NCBI GenBank assembly: GCA_903929765.1
Contig: CAIYVX010000063.1
Coordinates: forward strand, 10,174 to 74,173
Origin: an uncultured Planctomycetia bacterium
GTDB lineage: Bacteria; Planctomycetota; Phycisphaerae; FEN-1346; JAACEH01
Direction: 5' to 3'
Length of the DNA stretch: 64,000 bases
Shown: positions 43,860 through 53,317 of the stretch, in pieces
How the letters are laid out: every line of letters starts with the position of its first letter
Numbering within the stretch: the stretch's first letter is position 1
Notes under the pieces: model-generated
Told to the model about the DNA's origin: nothing
Seen by the model: only the letters and a program-made list of their open reading frames with translations
Database searches by the model: none
Program-made: the position numbers and the translations under genes

Positions 43860-44393
43860 TTATTTCGCCAGGCCGAACCAGTCCCACTTCACGGGCTTAG
43901 CCGTAGTGTTGGTGCGGAAATCCTTGAACCAGAGGAGCTTCTGGTCGAGAAAGGAGGCCTGGCGGGAGTAACTGGGTTGGCCGCGGGCGTCGGCGGTGGG
44001 GTCGAAGCTCCAGAGTTCGCAGCGGCGACCGGCGAGGCGTTCGGCGGGGTCGGTGACGTCTTCGACGGCTGCGGGACGGCCCCAGGCCATGCGGACCTCG
44101 TCGGTGCTCATACCTTCGACGAGGCGGCCTTTGCGGATGAGGGCCTGACGCTCGGGCGGGACAGCCTGCCACTTCTGGTAGACGCCGATCTCCTGGCAAT
44201 AAAGAAGGAGTTGGACGTCGTCGCGCTGGTCCTTTTCCATGAGGCGGAACTGGGCGGCCTGGTCGGCCGTCATGAGGCGGAGGTAGATATCGTGTTTGGT
44301 CAGGTCGCCCCTCAGGCCGGCCTGTTGCTGGGCGGTGCAGCCGGCAAGAAGTGCGAGGGCGACGACGATAAGAAGGAGTTTCGGTCGGCTCAT
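43860..44393 (-). CDS. Hypothetical lipoprotein.
   Basis: The real start is MSRPKLLLIVVALALLAGC (ATG at 44393). The longer ORF in the track overlaps hpt in another frame. Confidence 0.6.
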   Translation of the reverse strand: MSRPKLLLIVVALALLAGCTAQQQAGLRGDLTKHDIYLRLMTADQAAQFRLMEKDQRDDVQLLLYCQEIGVYQKWQAVPPERQALIRKGRLVEGMSTDEVRMAWGRPAAVEDVTDPAERLAGRRCELWSFDPTADARGQPSYSRQASFLDQKLLWFKDFRTNTTAKPVKWDWFGLAK

Positions 44394-44412
44394 ATTTATC
44401 CTTGTCCTAAAG

Positions 44413-44946
44413 TCAGACTCCGGGCCGCAGTACGGCAATGTGCGGCAGGTTGCGGTAGCGGCCATTGAAATCGAGGCCGTAGCCGACGGCGAAGAGATTG
44501 TCGATCGGGAAGCCGACGAGGTCGGGCGGCGGCGAGTCGGGGGCGGCGCAGCCGGTTTTCTGGAGCAGAACGACGACATGGACTTCTGCGGCGCCGAGGT
44601 CGCGGAGTTGGGCGGCGGCGTGGGTGATGGTTCGACCGGTGTCGAAGATGTCGTCGACGAGGATAACGTTGCGGCCGCGCACGGCGTCGGGGAGAGTGGC
44701 CCGCTGGCCGAATTCGAGGGGTCCGCATTTGGTGCCGCGATAGGAGCGGCAATAGACGAATTCCAGGTCGAGCGGGATGGGCATCTGGCGGACAAGGTCG
44801 GCCAGGAAGAGGACGCAGCCGTGCATTATTGCGACGACGAGGGGGTCGCGGTGGCGAAAGCGGTCGGTCAGTTCGCGGCCGATTTCGGCGACGCGGCGCG
44901 AGATGGCGTCGGCGGGAATGAGGATGCGGTCGAGGTCCTGGTCCAT
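44413..44946 (-). CDS. hpt: Hypoxanthine phosphoribosyltransferase.
   Basis: The PRPP-binding motif VILVDDIFDTGRT and the HPRT family layout. Confidence 0.9.
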   Translation of the reverse strand: MDQDLDRILIPADAISRRVAEIGRELTDRFRHRDPLVVAIMHGCVLFLADLVRQMPIPLDLEFVYCRSYRGTKCGPLEFGQRATLPDAVRGRNVILVDDIFDTGRTITHAAAQLRDLGAAEVHVVVLLQKTGCAAPDSPPPDLVGFPIDNLFAVGYGLDFNGRYRNLPHIAVLRPGV

Positions 44947-45050
44947 GATGGCGGGGATTATAGCAGAACGGCAACGACGGTGGACAGTGGGTAGTGGTCA
45001 GTGGACAGTGAACAGCAACGACAGCACTCCTGGATTCGGATGAAACTGGT

Positions 45051-45094
45051 GTCACCCGCACCCTACCCTCCCCCGTCAAGGGGGAGGGGTGAAG
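45051..45094. repeat. Palindromic repeat GTCACCCGCACCCTACCCTCCCCCGTCAAGGGGGAGGGGTGAAG.
   Basis: Variant of the CCCTCTCCC...GGGAGAGGG family with outer CACCC/GGGTG arms. Confidence 0.6.
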
Positions 45095-45105
45095 AAGCAG
45101 CCGGA

Positions 45106-46461
45106 CTACTTTTTCTCGGCGGCGTGGTAGGGCTTGACCACGTCTTCCCAGAGTGACTGGGTGAGTTGATAGCTCCAGACGCAATGATTGGCGTCGGTGA
45201 CTTCTTTACTGGCGTGACCCTTCGAGTAGTCGTAGTAGCCGTGTTCGAGTTTGTAGAAGAAGTCGGGGATGCCGATGTTCAGGCGGGCGAGGCATTCGTC
45301 GGCCTGCGGCCCGGGCTTCCAGTAGCCGCCGACGACCAGAACGAGATGATTGAGGAGGTTGGTGATAAATCCGGAGTAGGCGTAGTCCATGTCGCTGCGC
45401 GGCCCGCCGCCGTCCATGGAGTCGAGTTCCTTCAACATGCCGATTTTGCCCTTATTGGGCAGCTTGTCTGCCCCGGAGGCGAGGCAGCCGGCGCCGGTGT
45501 CTTTGAAACCTTTGCCGCCGTTGAGGCCGGCACTGACCGTGGCGCCATAGGTGAAGGTGGTCAGCTTGTAATAGAGACCCATCAGGTCGTCCAGATGCTG
45601 TTTCTCGTAGCGGTAGTTGCGGATACCGGCGGCGATGGTCGGGCCGTCGGGAGCGGGCGAGGTGGGATGATCGGCTTTCCAGTTGAACGCCTTATAGGTG
45701 TTGGTCAGGCCGGCGGCTTTGAGTTGGGCGACAAAGGCGTCGTGGTCGTAGGCGTTGAGGATGCGGTTGGCCTGGGCCGGTCCGCCGAAGAAGACGGAAG
45801 TGGCGATCAGGTTGCCGAACATGCCTTCGCGGAAATTGGGGTTCCAACCGCGGTTGAAGTTGAGGTCGCCGTCGATGGCCACGGGCTTCGGGACGCCGCC
45901 GGAAGCGTCGCTGGTGGTGAAGGCGGAGCCGACGAGCTCGGCTTTCATAACCAGGGCGATCTTGGCCTTTTCCTCGGGCGTAAACTGATTCCAGACGCGC
46001 GGGGTCATGCGGGCGACGGCCAGGGCCGCGGTGACCTGGAGTTCGTGCTGGGCCGGATAGCCGCCGTTGGCGGTCGGACTGCTTTTTGCGGAGATGACGC
46101 CGTTGCGGATCTGTTCGAGAAGCCGGGCGTCGGCGGCGGTGTTGCCCTGCCAGGCCGCCAAGGCCAGAACCATGGGGCTGCCGCCGTTGAAGCCGCCGTC
46201 GGTGTGGGCGCCACCATTGAAGTCGCGGTTAAAGTGCATAATACGGACGGCGCTGGCGGACTCGACGGTCTTCTGCGGCACCGGAGGGAGCTTGATCTTG
46301 GCCGCAGGAAGCGGAGGCAAACCCGAGTCAACATTGTTCGACGCCACCGCGACGACGCTGGTCGCGGAGTCGGCGGCCCAGGCGACGGAGCAGAGGCTGG
46401 CCGAGAGGGTAAGCAGAATGAACAGGCCGGCTAGATACTTGGAAGTCATGTGATTCCTCAC
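45106..46461 (-). CDS. Hypothetical secreted protein.
   Basis: N-terminal signal peptide (LFILLTLSASLCSVAWA), 451 aa, with no recognisable motif. Confidence 0.55.
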   Translation of the reverse strand: MRNHMTSKYLAGLFILLTLSASLCSVAWAADSATSVVAVASNNVDSGLPPLPAAKIKLPPVPQKTVESASAVRIMHFNRDFNGGAHTDGGFNGGSPMVLALAAWQGNTAADARLLEQIRNGVISAKSSPTANGGYPAQHELQVTAALAVARMTPRVWNQFTPEEKAKIALVMKAELVGSAFTTSDASGGVPKPVAIDGDLNFNRGWNPNFREGMFGNLIATSVFFGGPAQANRILNAYDHDAFVAQLKAAGLTNTYKAFNWKADHPTSPAPDGPTIAAGIRNYRYEKQHLDDLMGLYYKLTTFTYGATVSAGLNGGKGFKDTGAGCLASGADKLPNKGKIGMLKELDSMDGGGPRSDMDYAYSGFITNLLNHLVLVVGGYWKPGPQADECLARLNIGIPDFFYKLEHGYYDYSKGHASKEVTDANHCVWSYQLTQSLWEDVVKPYHAAEKK

Positions 46462-46614
46462 AAAAAGGTGTCCGGAAAAGACGTCGGATGAAGTTGTAAC
46501 GCCGGTCAGGGAAAAATGTTCTCGAAAATATCCGTTACGGCAAAGAAAAAAGCGGCCCCGGAGAGAATACCGGAGCCGCAGTGGTGATAAAGCTAATTGA
46601 ACAACCGGTCCAAG

Positions 46615-47373
46615 TTACTTGGCGGGCTTGTCGATGCTGAGCAGTTCGATCTCGAAGTGCAGCGTGGCGTTGGCCGGGATGCGCGGCGGATTGCCATGTT
46701 CGCCGTAGCCCAGCGCGCCGGGAACCCAGATTTCGTACTTCGAGCCGACCTTCATTTTCTGGAGGATTTCGGTCCAGGCGGGAATGACCTGGGTGACGGG
46801 GAAGCTGGCGGGCTGGCCGCGCTTGTAGGAACTGTCGAACTCGGTGCCGTCGAGGAACTTGCCGGAGTAGTTGACGGTGACGGTATCAGTGGTGGTAGGA
46901 ATGTCGCCGGCGCCTTCCTTGATCACTTTGTACTGGAGTCCGTCGGGTAGGGTTTTGACGCCGTCCTTGGATTTGTTGTCGGCGAAGAACTTGTCGCCTT
47001 CGGTCTTGTTCTTTTCGCCCTCGACTTTGGCCTTATCCATCATTTTGGCGCGCATCTGGCTGTCGAAGTTCTTCAGGATCTGCATCACCTCTTCGTCAGT
47101 GAGGACGGTTGTGCCGGCCAAGGCGTCGCCGATGCCCTTGCCGACGAGGGCAGGATCGACCTCGACGCCCTGGGACTTCATGTTGCGTCCGATGCTGGAG
47201 CCGATGGCGTAGCTGACCTTTTCCTTGTCGGTCTTGAAGAGGGCCAGGCCGCTGGAAGTGGCGGCGGGTGCGGCGCTGCTGGCGGCCGGAGGGCCAATGG
47301 TAATGTTCTGGGCTGAGGCGCCCGCAGTCAGGAACAGCGCTGCCACAAAGGCCAACAGAGAAACGGTTTTCAT
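46615..47373 (-). CDS. fkpA: FKBP-type peptidyl-prolyl cis-trans isomerase (FkpA/Mip-like, periplasmic).
   Basis: Signal peptide, a helical dimerisation region, and the C-terminal FKBP domain YSGKFLDGTEFDSSY...VIPAWTEIL...PGALGYGEHG. The ribosome-binding site GGAGA lies 7 nt upstream of the ATG at 47373. Confidence 0.85.
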   Translation of the reverse strand: MKTVSLLAFVAALFLTAGASAQNITIGPPAASSAAPAATSSGLALFKTDKEKVSYAIGSSIGRNMKSQGVEVDPALVGKGIGDALAGTTVLTDEEVMQILKNFDSQMRAKMMDKAKVEGEKNKTEGDKFFADNKSKDGVKTLPDGLQYKVIKEGAGDIPTTTDTVTVNYSGKFLDGTEFDSSYKRGQPASFPVTQVIPAWTEILQKMKVGSKYEIWVPGALGYGEHGNPPRIPANATLHFEIELLSIDKPAK

Positions 47374-47554
47374 AATCATCTCCTCGGTATCTGAACTAAT
47401 TCCGCCACCCAGCCGCTTGGCGCTGCCCCCGACAGCAGCAACGCGACGGCACGAAGGGACTATCATAGCAAGGTGCGGGCGGATGGCAAGGGAGAAAGGT
47501 CGTGGAAAGGCCGTGGACCGTGAGCAGTAACAACAGCAACGGCAGAAACAACAG

Positions 47555-47590
47555 CATCCCCCAGCAGTGCCGGGGGCTTCAAAGGCAACA
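47555..47590 (-). terminator. Candidate terminator for gene 47602-49614. On the minus strand it reads GCCCCCGGCACTGCTGGGGG followed by ATGCTGTTGTTTCTGCCGTTGCTGTTGTT.
   Basis: Repeat-family hairpin located directly after the stop codon. The downstream tract is only moderately T-rich. Confidence 0.4.
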
Positions 47591-47601
47591 ACAGCAAAAG
47601 A

Positions 47602-49614
47602 TTAATGGTGCGGGGCGAGGCCGGAGTGCGGGGGCCAGGCGGAATGCGGGGGCCAGGCGGAGGACGGTGGCCAGGGGTGGCGGGCGTCGCGATGGACGTC
47701 GCGATGGTCGTCGAGGATGTGACCGAAAATAACAGGGTAGCCTGAGGGCCAGGGCCAGGCGGCGCCGTAGGCCGGAGCCGGGACAGGAAAATTGCCCCAG
47801 GAGGCCGGGGTTTCGACGGGCGGCGGGGCGGCTTCGCCGCCGAGGGCTTCGATCATTCGGAGGCAGATTTCCTGGCGACGGCGGGCGATGCGGATTTCGT
47901 TGTGCCGCCCGGCGATTTGGTCGGGCGTCAGGATGATGCGGCTGCCTTTGATGGAACTCGCGGGCACGACCGGCGATTGGGCGGCGAGTTGGATGTCGAG
48001 TTTTCTGGCCTGGTCGTCGTAGGCGGCGGCGAGGCTGCGGAAGGCTTTGATCAGGGCGGCCTGATTGGCTTGCAGGGCGGTGGTGTCAATCGAGGGTCGT
48101 TCAAAGGTACCGACAGAGACGAAGGCGGCGCCGATGGCGTCGACGTAAGCGTCGCGGACGGTCGGGTCGGGATTGGCCAGGACAACAGCATCATCGACCA
48201 GGAAGGTCTGAGCGCGGGCCCTGGTGCGGCGGGCGTCTTCGTTGGCCGGAGCGATCTTGGCGAGCCAGCCGAGGGCCCAGAAGGCGGCGCGGCGCGGTTC
48301 GGGGGCGTTGGCGCGGTTGAGGGCGGCGCGGCTGAGGGCGTCGGCGGCGTCGAACTTGGGGGCGGCAGCGCGAACGGTTTCCTCGATGGCAAAGGCGGAG
48401 AGGAAATCGTTTTTGAGGCCGATGCGGCCGATTTCAATGCTGAGGTGCGGCCAGCGTTTGGCCTCGTCGAGGGCGTGGATCTGGAGGGCGCGTTTGACCT
48501 GGGCGACGAGCGGCGCATCGGCCGCGGCGAGTGGGCAGAGGCCGCGAATTTCGCCGGCGGCGATGAAAACGAGCCACTCGGTGGAGGCCTTGAGATTGAC
48601 GCGTCGCCAGAAGGCGAAGGGCGCGGCCGGGTCGGCACTTTCGCCGAGGACAAAAGCCGGGGCGCGGACGGTTTGGCTGGCGGCGCCGCCGCGAAGCGAG
48701 GTTTGAGAGTCGAAGACGGCTTCACTGGCCCAGGCGTCGCCGAGACGGGTCCAGGGAGAAACGCCGGTCAACCGGCCGACGAAAATCGAGTCGCTGGCGG
48801 CGACGAGGTCGACGGGGCCGACGGTGGCGTAGAGCAGGTCGGGGATGAAAAAGAGGGCCGGGGCGAGGGCGGCGGCGGGCGTGGGCACGCCGGGTGTCGG
48901 TACGTCGGCGGGAAGCGGCGGGACCAGGGAGGTTACGGGCGCCGGCGAGGGGGCGACGACGACCGGGGCTGAGACGGGGGCCACGGGCGGGGTAGCGCTG
49001 GCGGCGCTGGTCACATTCCAATTGACGGGGTTGAAGCCGGTGCTGGGCGTGACCGTGACAACGGGCGGAGTTGGGGCCGGTTGGCCGGAGGGCACGATGG
49101 CCGCGGGCTGGCCGGAAGGAATTTCGGCGATGGGCGCGGCGGGGACAGCGGACTGGGCGGAGATCAGGGGATGGCTGTGCGGCTGGGAGATGGTGAACGG
49201 GATCATGGTGAACTCGGCAGCGTTGTGGGCGGTCCGGGCGATCTGCCAGATCAGGACGGCGACAATAATGAGGAGAATGGAGGCAGTCACGGCGGCGAAG
49301 ACGGCCCAGCGCGAGCGTCCGGCGGCGGCGAGGATGAGGGCTTCCAGTTGCGGGACGGGCATGGAGTCGAGCCAGGAAACTTCGTCGGGGGTGAGTTCGA
49401 CCTCGGCGTCGTCGGCGGCCGCGGCACGCTGCTGGAGGAGTGCGGCCTTGAAGCCGGGGTCTTCAGCGGCGAGCTTGAGCAACATCAGGACGCCCGGAGG
49501 ACAGGAGAGCAAGACTTTTCGCCGGCTGTCTTTAGCGTAAGCGTAGGTCCAGGAAGAATCAGTCATTTCAACGTCGGAACCCTGTTTTTCTCGCGGCTCT
49601 TGGGCATCGGTCAT
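47602..49614 (-). CDS. Large hypothetical protein with one central transmembrane helix, a Pro/Ala/Val-rich segment and a Trp-Pro-rich C-terminal tail.
   Basis: 670 aa. Transmembrane helix: AVFAAVTASILLIIVAVLIW. Tail: HPWPPSSAWPPHSAWPPHSGLAPHH. No family I recognise. Confidence 0.5.
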   Translation of the reverse strand: MTDAQEPREKQGSDVEMTDSSWTYAYAKDSRRKVLLSCPPGVLMLLKLAAEDPGFKAALLQQRAAAADDAEVELTPDEVSWLDSMPVPQLEALILAAAGRSRWAVFAAVTASILLIIVAVLIWQIARTAHNAAEFTMIPFTISQPHSHPLISAQSAVPAAPIAEIPSGQPAAIVPSGQPAPTPPVVTVTPSTGFNPVNWNVTSAASATPPVAPVSAPVVVAPSPAPVTSLVPPLPADVPTPGVPTPAAALAPALFFIPDLLYATVGPVDLVAASDSIFVGRLTGVSPWTRLGDAWASEAVFDSQTSLRGGAASQTVRAPAFVLGESADPAAPFAFWRRVNLKASTEWLVFIAAGEIRGLCPLAAADAPLVAQVKRALQIHALDEAKRWPHLSIEIGRIGLKNDFLSAFAIEETVRAAAPKFDAADALSRAALNRANAPEPRRAAFWALGWLAKIAPANEDARRTRARAQTFLVDDAVVLANPDPTVRDAYVDAIGAAFVSVGTFERPSIDTTALQANQAALIKAFRSLAAAYDDQARKLDIQLAAQSPVVPASSIKGSRIILTPDQIAGRHNEIRIARRRQEICLRMIEALGGEAAPPPVETPASWGNFPVPAPAYGAAWPWPSGYPVIFGHILDDHRDVHRDARHPWPPSSAWPPHSAWPPHSGLAPHH

Positions 49615-49762
49615 GGTCAGGCTCTCCTGGAAAGACGTTACATAGGATATTATCGCTTTTAACGTCCCGGACCGCCAACAATTTTATGATTGGATGGGCG
49701 GAAAAACCAGAACCTGTCGCCCCTACACAGAAGGGAGGCGGGCGGCTATACTCGTCGGGGCT

Positions 49763-50818
49763 ATGAGCGACGGCAGGGCGCGGTCATATTATCTGGAGTT
49801 GGTTTCCGGGCGGGCGCGCGGGACGGGGGCGGCCTGCCTGCGGGGACTGCTGGCCTGCGGGGAAGTGCCGTACCGGGCGGCGATGGCGGCGCGGCGGGCG
49901 TGGTACGCGATGGCGGCGCGGCGGGTGGAAATGCCGGTGATTTCGGTGGGCAACCTGACGCTGGGCGGGACGGGGAAAACGCCGCTGGTGGCCTGGCTGG
50001 CGCGGCTGCTGGTGGAGTCGGGGCGGCGGCCGGTGATCGTGTCGCGGGGGTACAAGCGGCAGGCGGGCCGGGTGGGCGACGAAGCGGCGGCGCTGCGGCT
50101 GGAGTTGCCGGAGACGGTGGGGCAGATTGAAGCGGCGGATCGCGTGGGGGCGTTGCGGTGCGTGGCGGCGGAGAAGAAATTCGACGTGGCGATACTGGAC
50201 GATGGGTTTCAGCACCTGAAATTGCGGCGCGATTTGGATTTGCTGCTGATCGACGCGATGCAGCCGTTCGGGTACGGACGGGTGATTCCGCGCGGGTTGC
50301 TGCGCGAGCCGCTGTCGGCGATCGGACGGGCGGACGCGGTGATTTTGACGCGGACGGATTTGGTGGCGGAGGCGGAGTTGGAGCGGATCGAGGCGGAAGT
50401 GCGGCGGCATTTGCGGCCGGGAGCTCCGCTGGTGCGGGCGGCGCACGTGGCGACGCACCTGGTGGGGCAGGACGGGCGACGCGAGGCGGTGGAGAGTCTG
50501 CGCGGGGCGGCGGTTTATGCGTATTCGGGGCTGGCGAATCCGGACGGGTTCGTGGGGACGCTGGAAGGGCTGGGTACGCGGGTGGTGGGGCGGCGCGACT
50601 TTGCGGACCATTATCACTACACGGCGGCAGACCTGGACGATATTATGTCGGCGGCGCGGACGGTGGGGGCGGCGCGGGTGGTGACGACGACGAAGGATTT
50701 GGTGAAGGTGGCGGGAACGGAACAGAACGTGACGGCGCTGGCGGTGGAGATTCAGTTTGTGAGCGGGGGAGAAGAGCTGTCGCGGTTGGTATCGGAAAAG
50801 GTCAAAGGCAACCGGTAA
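49763..50818 (+). CDS. lpxK: Tetraacyldisaccharide 4'-kinase.
   Basis: The P-loop VISVGNLTLGGTGKTP and the length of about 350 aa. The start is MSDGRARSYY at 49763. Confidence 0.85.
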   Translation: MSDGRARSYYLELVSGRARGTGAACLRGLLACGEVPYRAAMAARRAWYAMAARRVEMPVISVGNLTLGGTGKTPLVAWLARLLVESGRRPVIVSRGYKRQAGRVGDEAAALRLELPETVGQIEAADRVGALRCVAAEKKFDVAILDDGFQHLKLRRDLDLLLIDAMQPFGYGRVIPRGLLREPLSAIGRADAVILTRTDLVAEAELERIEAEVRRHLRPGAPLVRAAHVATHLVGQDGRREAVESLRGAAVYAYSGLANPDGFVGTLEGLGTRVVGRRDFADHYHYTAADLDDIMSAARTVGAARVVTTTKDLVKVAGTEQNVTALAVEIQFVSGGEELSRLVSEKVKGNR

Positions 50819-50828
50819 CGGGTCAGGC

Positions 50829-50949
50829 AAAAACGGCGAATATCGAATATCGAACATCGAGCCGCAGAATCATGAAGTCAGACTCCCGATCCGGAATCTG
50901 ACTTCGAGATTCGATATTCGTTATTCAATATTCTGCGGTTCGCCGTTTC
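50829..50949. repeat. AT-rich element of about 120 bp with nested, partly permuted inverted repeats: outer AAACGGCGAA/TTCGCCGTTT, CCGCAGAAT/ATTCTGCGG, CGAATATCGAA/TTCGATATTCG, and a central hairpin GAAGTCAGA...TCTGACTTC.
   Basis: It sits directly after the lpxK stop codon. A truncated copy is at 25172-25250. Its GC content is far below that of the flanking DNA. Confidence 0.7.
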
Positions 50950-50986
50950 TGGAAGACATCACCTTCGCGGCTGAAGTTAACAGGCA

Positions 50987-51943
50987 ATGGAGGCCACAGA
51001 AATGATTAACCGTAAGCAGTACGAGCCGCTGGATCTTTCGGGGCTGAAGACGCGGAGCATCACGGAGCGGAAGCACCTGGTGACGGTGAAGGGTTTCGGG
51101 CGGGTGCCGCCGGAGCCGGCGACGATGGCGGAATTTCTGGCGAGCCTGCCGGTGACGCCGGTGACGCAGGCACTGGGGGCGGTGGCGGACGCGGTGGTGC
51201 GGGCGCATAAAGAGGATGCCCCGGTGGTGTTTGCCATGGGGGCGCACGTGATCAAGGTGGGGCTGGCCCCGTTTGTGATCGACCTGCTGGAACGCGGGGT
51301 GCTGACGGCGGTGGTGCTGAACGGCGCGGGGGCGATTCACGATCTGGAAATTGCGCTGCAGGGGGAGACCTCGGAGGACGTGCGGGCCGGGCTGGAGGAC
51401 GGGACGTTCGGGATGGTCGAGGAGACGCCGGCGCTGATGAACGACGCGGCGAACCTGGGGCGGCATCGCGGTCTGGGGCGGGCCATCGGGGATTTGATCG
51501 ACGAAGACCCGGACGAGTTTCCCCATGCGGAACTGTCGATCCTGGCGGCGGCGAGTCGGCTGGACGCGACGGCGACGGTCCATGTGGCCATCGGGACGGA
51601 CACGGTGCACATGCACCCGGAGGCCTCGGGCGGAACGATCGGGGCGGCCAGCATGCTGGATTTTCGGAAAGTCTGCGCGGTGGTGATGGACATGCACCAC
51701 GGGGTGTGGTGCAACATCGGGTCGGCGGTGGTGCTGCCGGAGGTGTTCCTGAAGGCGTTCACGGTGGCGGTGAACCTGGGGGCGGATCTGGCGGAAATCA
51801 CGACGGCGAACTTCGACCAGATTCAGCATTACCGGCCGCGGCAGAACGTGGTCGAGCGACCAACGCAGCACGGGTACTCGCTGACTGGGCACCACGAGAT
51901 CATGGTGCCGCTGGTACACCAGATGATTGTGCAGCGGCTATAA
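50987..51943 (+). CDS. Deoxyhypusine-synthase-like (DHS-family) protein.
   Basis: The block VFAMGAHVIKVGLAPFVIDLLERGVLTAVVLNGAGAIHDLEIAL lines up with the DHS block [45 protein letters not shown], and the downstream HVAIGTD / NIGSAVVLPE blocks also correspond. This is recalled similarity and has not been searched. Confidence 0.55.
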   Translation: MEATEMINRKQYEPLDLSGLKTRSITERKHLVTVKGFGRVPPEPATMAEFLASLPVTPVTQALGAVADAVVRAHKEDAPVVFAMGAHVIKVGLAPFVIDLLERGVLTAVVLNGAGAIHDLEIALQGETSEDVRAGLEDGTFGMVEETPALMNDAANLGRHRGLGRAIGDLIDEDPDEFPHAELSILAAASRLDATATVHVAIGTDTVHMHPEASGGTIGAASMLDFRKVCAVVMDMHHGVWCNIGSAVVLPEVFLKAFTVAVNLGADLAEITTANFDQIQHYRPRQNVVERPTQHGYSLTGHHEIMVPLVHQMIVQRL

Positions 51944-52011
51944 GTGCGGGTCGCACTTGCGGTGTGACGGAAATCGAGCAACAATGGTTTCTGTAATGAT
52001 TAACTGGAGGT

Positions 52012-52647
52012 TTGACCATGACGGAACCGGAAAATAATAATCCTCGTCCAACAACGCCAGAATGGAGTGCGCCGTCGAAACCGACGGAAGTGCCAACGGT
52101 GCCGCCGTGGCCGCCGGCAGGGTCGGCCGCGCCGGCGGCCAAGTCTAAGGGCTTGAGCCGGACGTGGTGGATCGTGCTGGGCGTGGGCCTGGGTTGCCTG
52201 ACGCCGCTCTTGCTTGGCGTCCTGTTCTTCGCTGGAGTGATGTTCTGGAAGAGTTCTGCGCATATTCGCAACGTCCGCAATACCCAAGAGTTCACGTTCC
52301 GGCACATGCAGCCGCCGGGCCTTTCGAGGGAGACTCCCGATTCGCCCTATGCAGCGCACGTCCGGACGTGGCAACATGGGAATCGCGGCGCTCCGGCGGA
52401 CGGCGATCTGGGGAAATTCCGGAAACAGTTGGACGAATGGGTGTTCGCGGAGAACGGCGAGCGTGTCCAGCGGGACTTAGGCGAAGTGACAAGCTTTGCG
52501 GCCTCGACGGAGTTCGCTTCGGAGGGGACGAGCGGAGTGAGCGTGGTGACGCTGGGTGGCACGGGGAGCCGGAAGGTGCGGCTGTATGTTTCGTTCTCGC
52601 AGGAGGTGGGCGGGGCGTGGGAGTTTAAGCTGAATATGTACAGATAA
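52012..52647 (+). CDS. Hypothetical membrane-anchored protein.
   Basis: A Pro-rich N-terminus followed by one transmembrane helix (WWIVLGVGLGCLTPLLLGVLFFAGVMFW). 211 aa. Confidence 0.45.
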   Translation: MTMTEPENNNPRPTTPEWSAPSKPTEVPTVPPWPPAGSAAPAAKSKGLSRTWWIVLGVGLGCLTPLLLGVLFFAGVMFWKSSAHIRNVRNTQEFTFRHMQPPGLSRETPDSPYAAHVRTWQHGNRGAPADGDLGKFRKQLDEWVFAENGERVQRDLGEVTSFAASTEFASEGTSGVSVVTLGGTGSRKVRLYVSFSQEVGGAWEFKLNMYR

Positions 52648-52717
52648 CGGCAGGCTTCAAGGACAGCCACGGCCGACGGATAAGGCCTTTCATTGCTGGT
52701 GCGTGCAAGCACGCCTC

Positions 52718-53221
52718 CTACCCATGCAATTCGTGGCAGCGTTGGCTGGCTTCGGCCAGGGCGGCGAGGTGGAGGCGTTCCTCGGCGACGATGCGCTCAA
52801 AGGCGGCGACGGCGGCCTTGGAGTCGGTGAAGCTGATCATTTCCTGGTAGAAAAGGAGGGCGTCGCGCTCGGCGCGGATGCCGACGGCCAGCGCGGCGAT
52901 GTCGTCGGCGGCCTCGGCCAGCAGGCGGGCGGGCGTGCCTTTCTCGGAAAAGACGTGCGAGGCGACCAGGTGCTGGACGTAGTCGGCGGTTTCGTCGTCC
53001 TCGACGGCGTCGGGGGTGCGCGGTTCGGCAAGAAGTTTCTTCTGGAGATCCTCGAACAAGCCGAGGTGCTGTCGTTCCTCGCCGGCCAGGTGGAGGAACA
53101 TTTTCTTGACGTAGGGGTCGCGCGTCTTCTCGGCGGCGCGGGTGTAGAAGTCGAGGCCGCACTGTTCCATGGCCGTGGCGATTTTGACGGCTTCGAGGTC
53201 GTCGAAGAACATGGATGACAT
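52718..53221 (-). CDS. Rubrerythrin-like ferritin-like di-iron protein, with no rubredoxin domain.
   Basis: Two E..H di-iron motifs (LAGEERQHL and VAEERLHLAAL) in a four-helix-bundle-sized protein of 167 aa. Confidence 0.7.
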   Translation of the reverse strand: MSSMFFDDLEAVKIATAMEQCGLDFYTRAAEKTRDPYVKKMFLHLAGEERQHLGLFEDLQKKLLAEPRTPDAVEDDETADYVQHLVASHVFSEKGTPARLLAEAADDIAALAVGIRAERDALLFYQEMISFTDSKAAVAAFERIVAEERLHLAALAEASQRCHELHG

Positions 53222-53236
53222 GGGCAGCCTCCCAAA

Positions 53237-53273
53237 GAAATTAAAAGTGAAAAATTAAAAATGCAAAATTAAC
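53237..53273. promoter_or_regulatory. AT-rich motif GAAATTAAAAGTGAAAAATTAAAAATGCAAAATTAAC, 16 nt upstream of the start codon of the rubrerythrin-like gene (in that gene's 5' UTR on the minus strand).
   Basis: It shares the core TTAAAAATGCAAAATTAA with 54501-54524 and with the reverse complement of 54634-54669. Confidence 0.5.
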
Positions 53274-53317
53274 GGCAAAAGAAACGGCGGAAAAAACGGC
53301 AACGCCAAGCAGCCACC

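Noticed and set aside
44394-44795. N-terminal extension of the ORF in the track, 43860-44795.
   Set aside because: It overlaps the hpt coding sequence in a different frame and is low complexity. MSRPKLLL, with a lipoprotein signal, is the real start.
49724-49752. TACACA-N17-TATACT as a possible lpxK promoter, and the GACGTTA-N19-TAACGTC inverted repeat at 49629-49661.
   Set aside because: The -35 match is weak and the -10 box sits only 10 nt from the start codon. I note it as a possibility but it does not meet the bar for a feature call.
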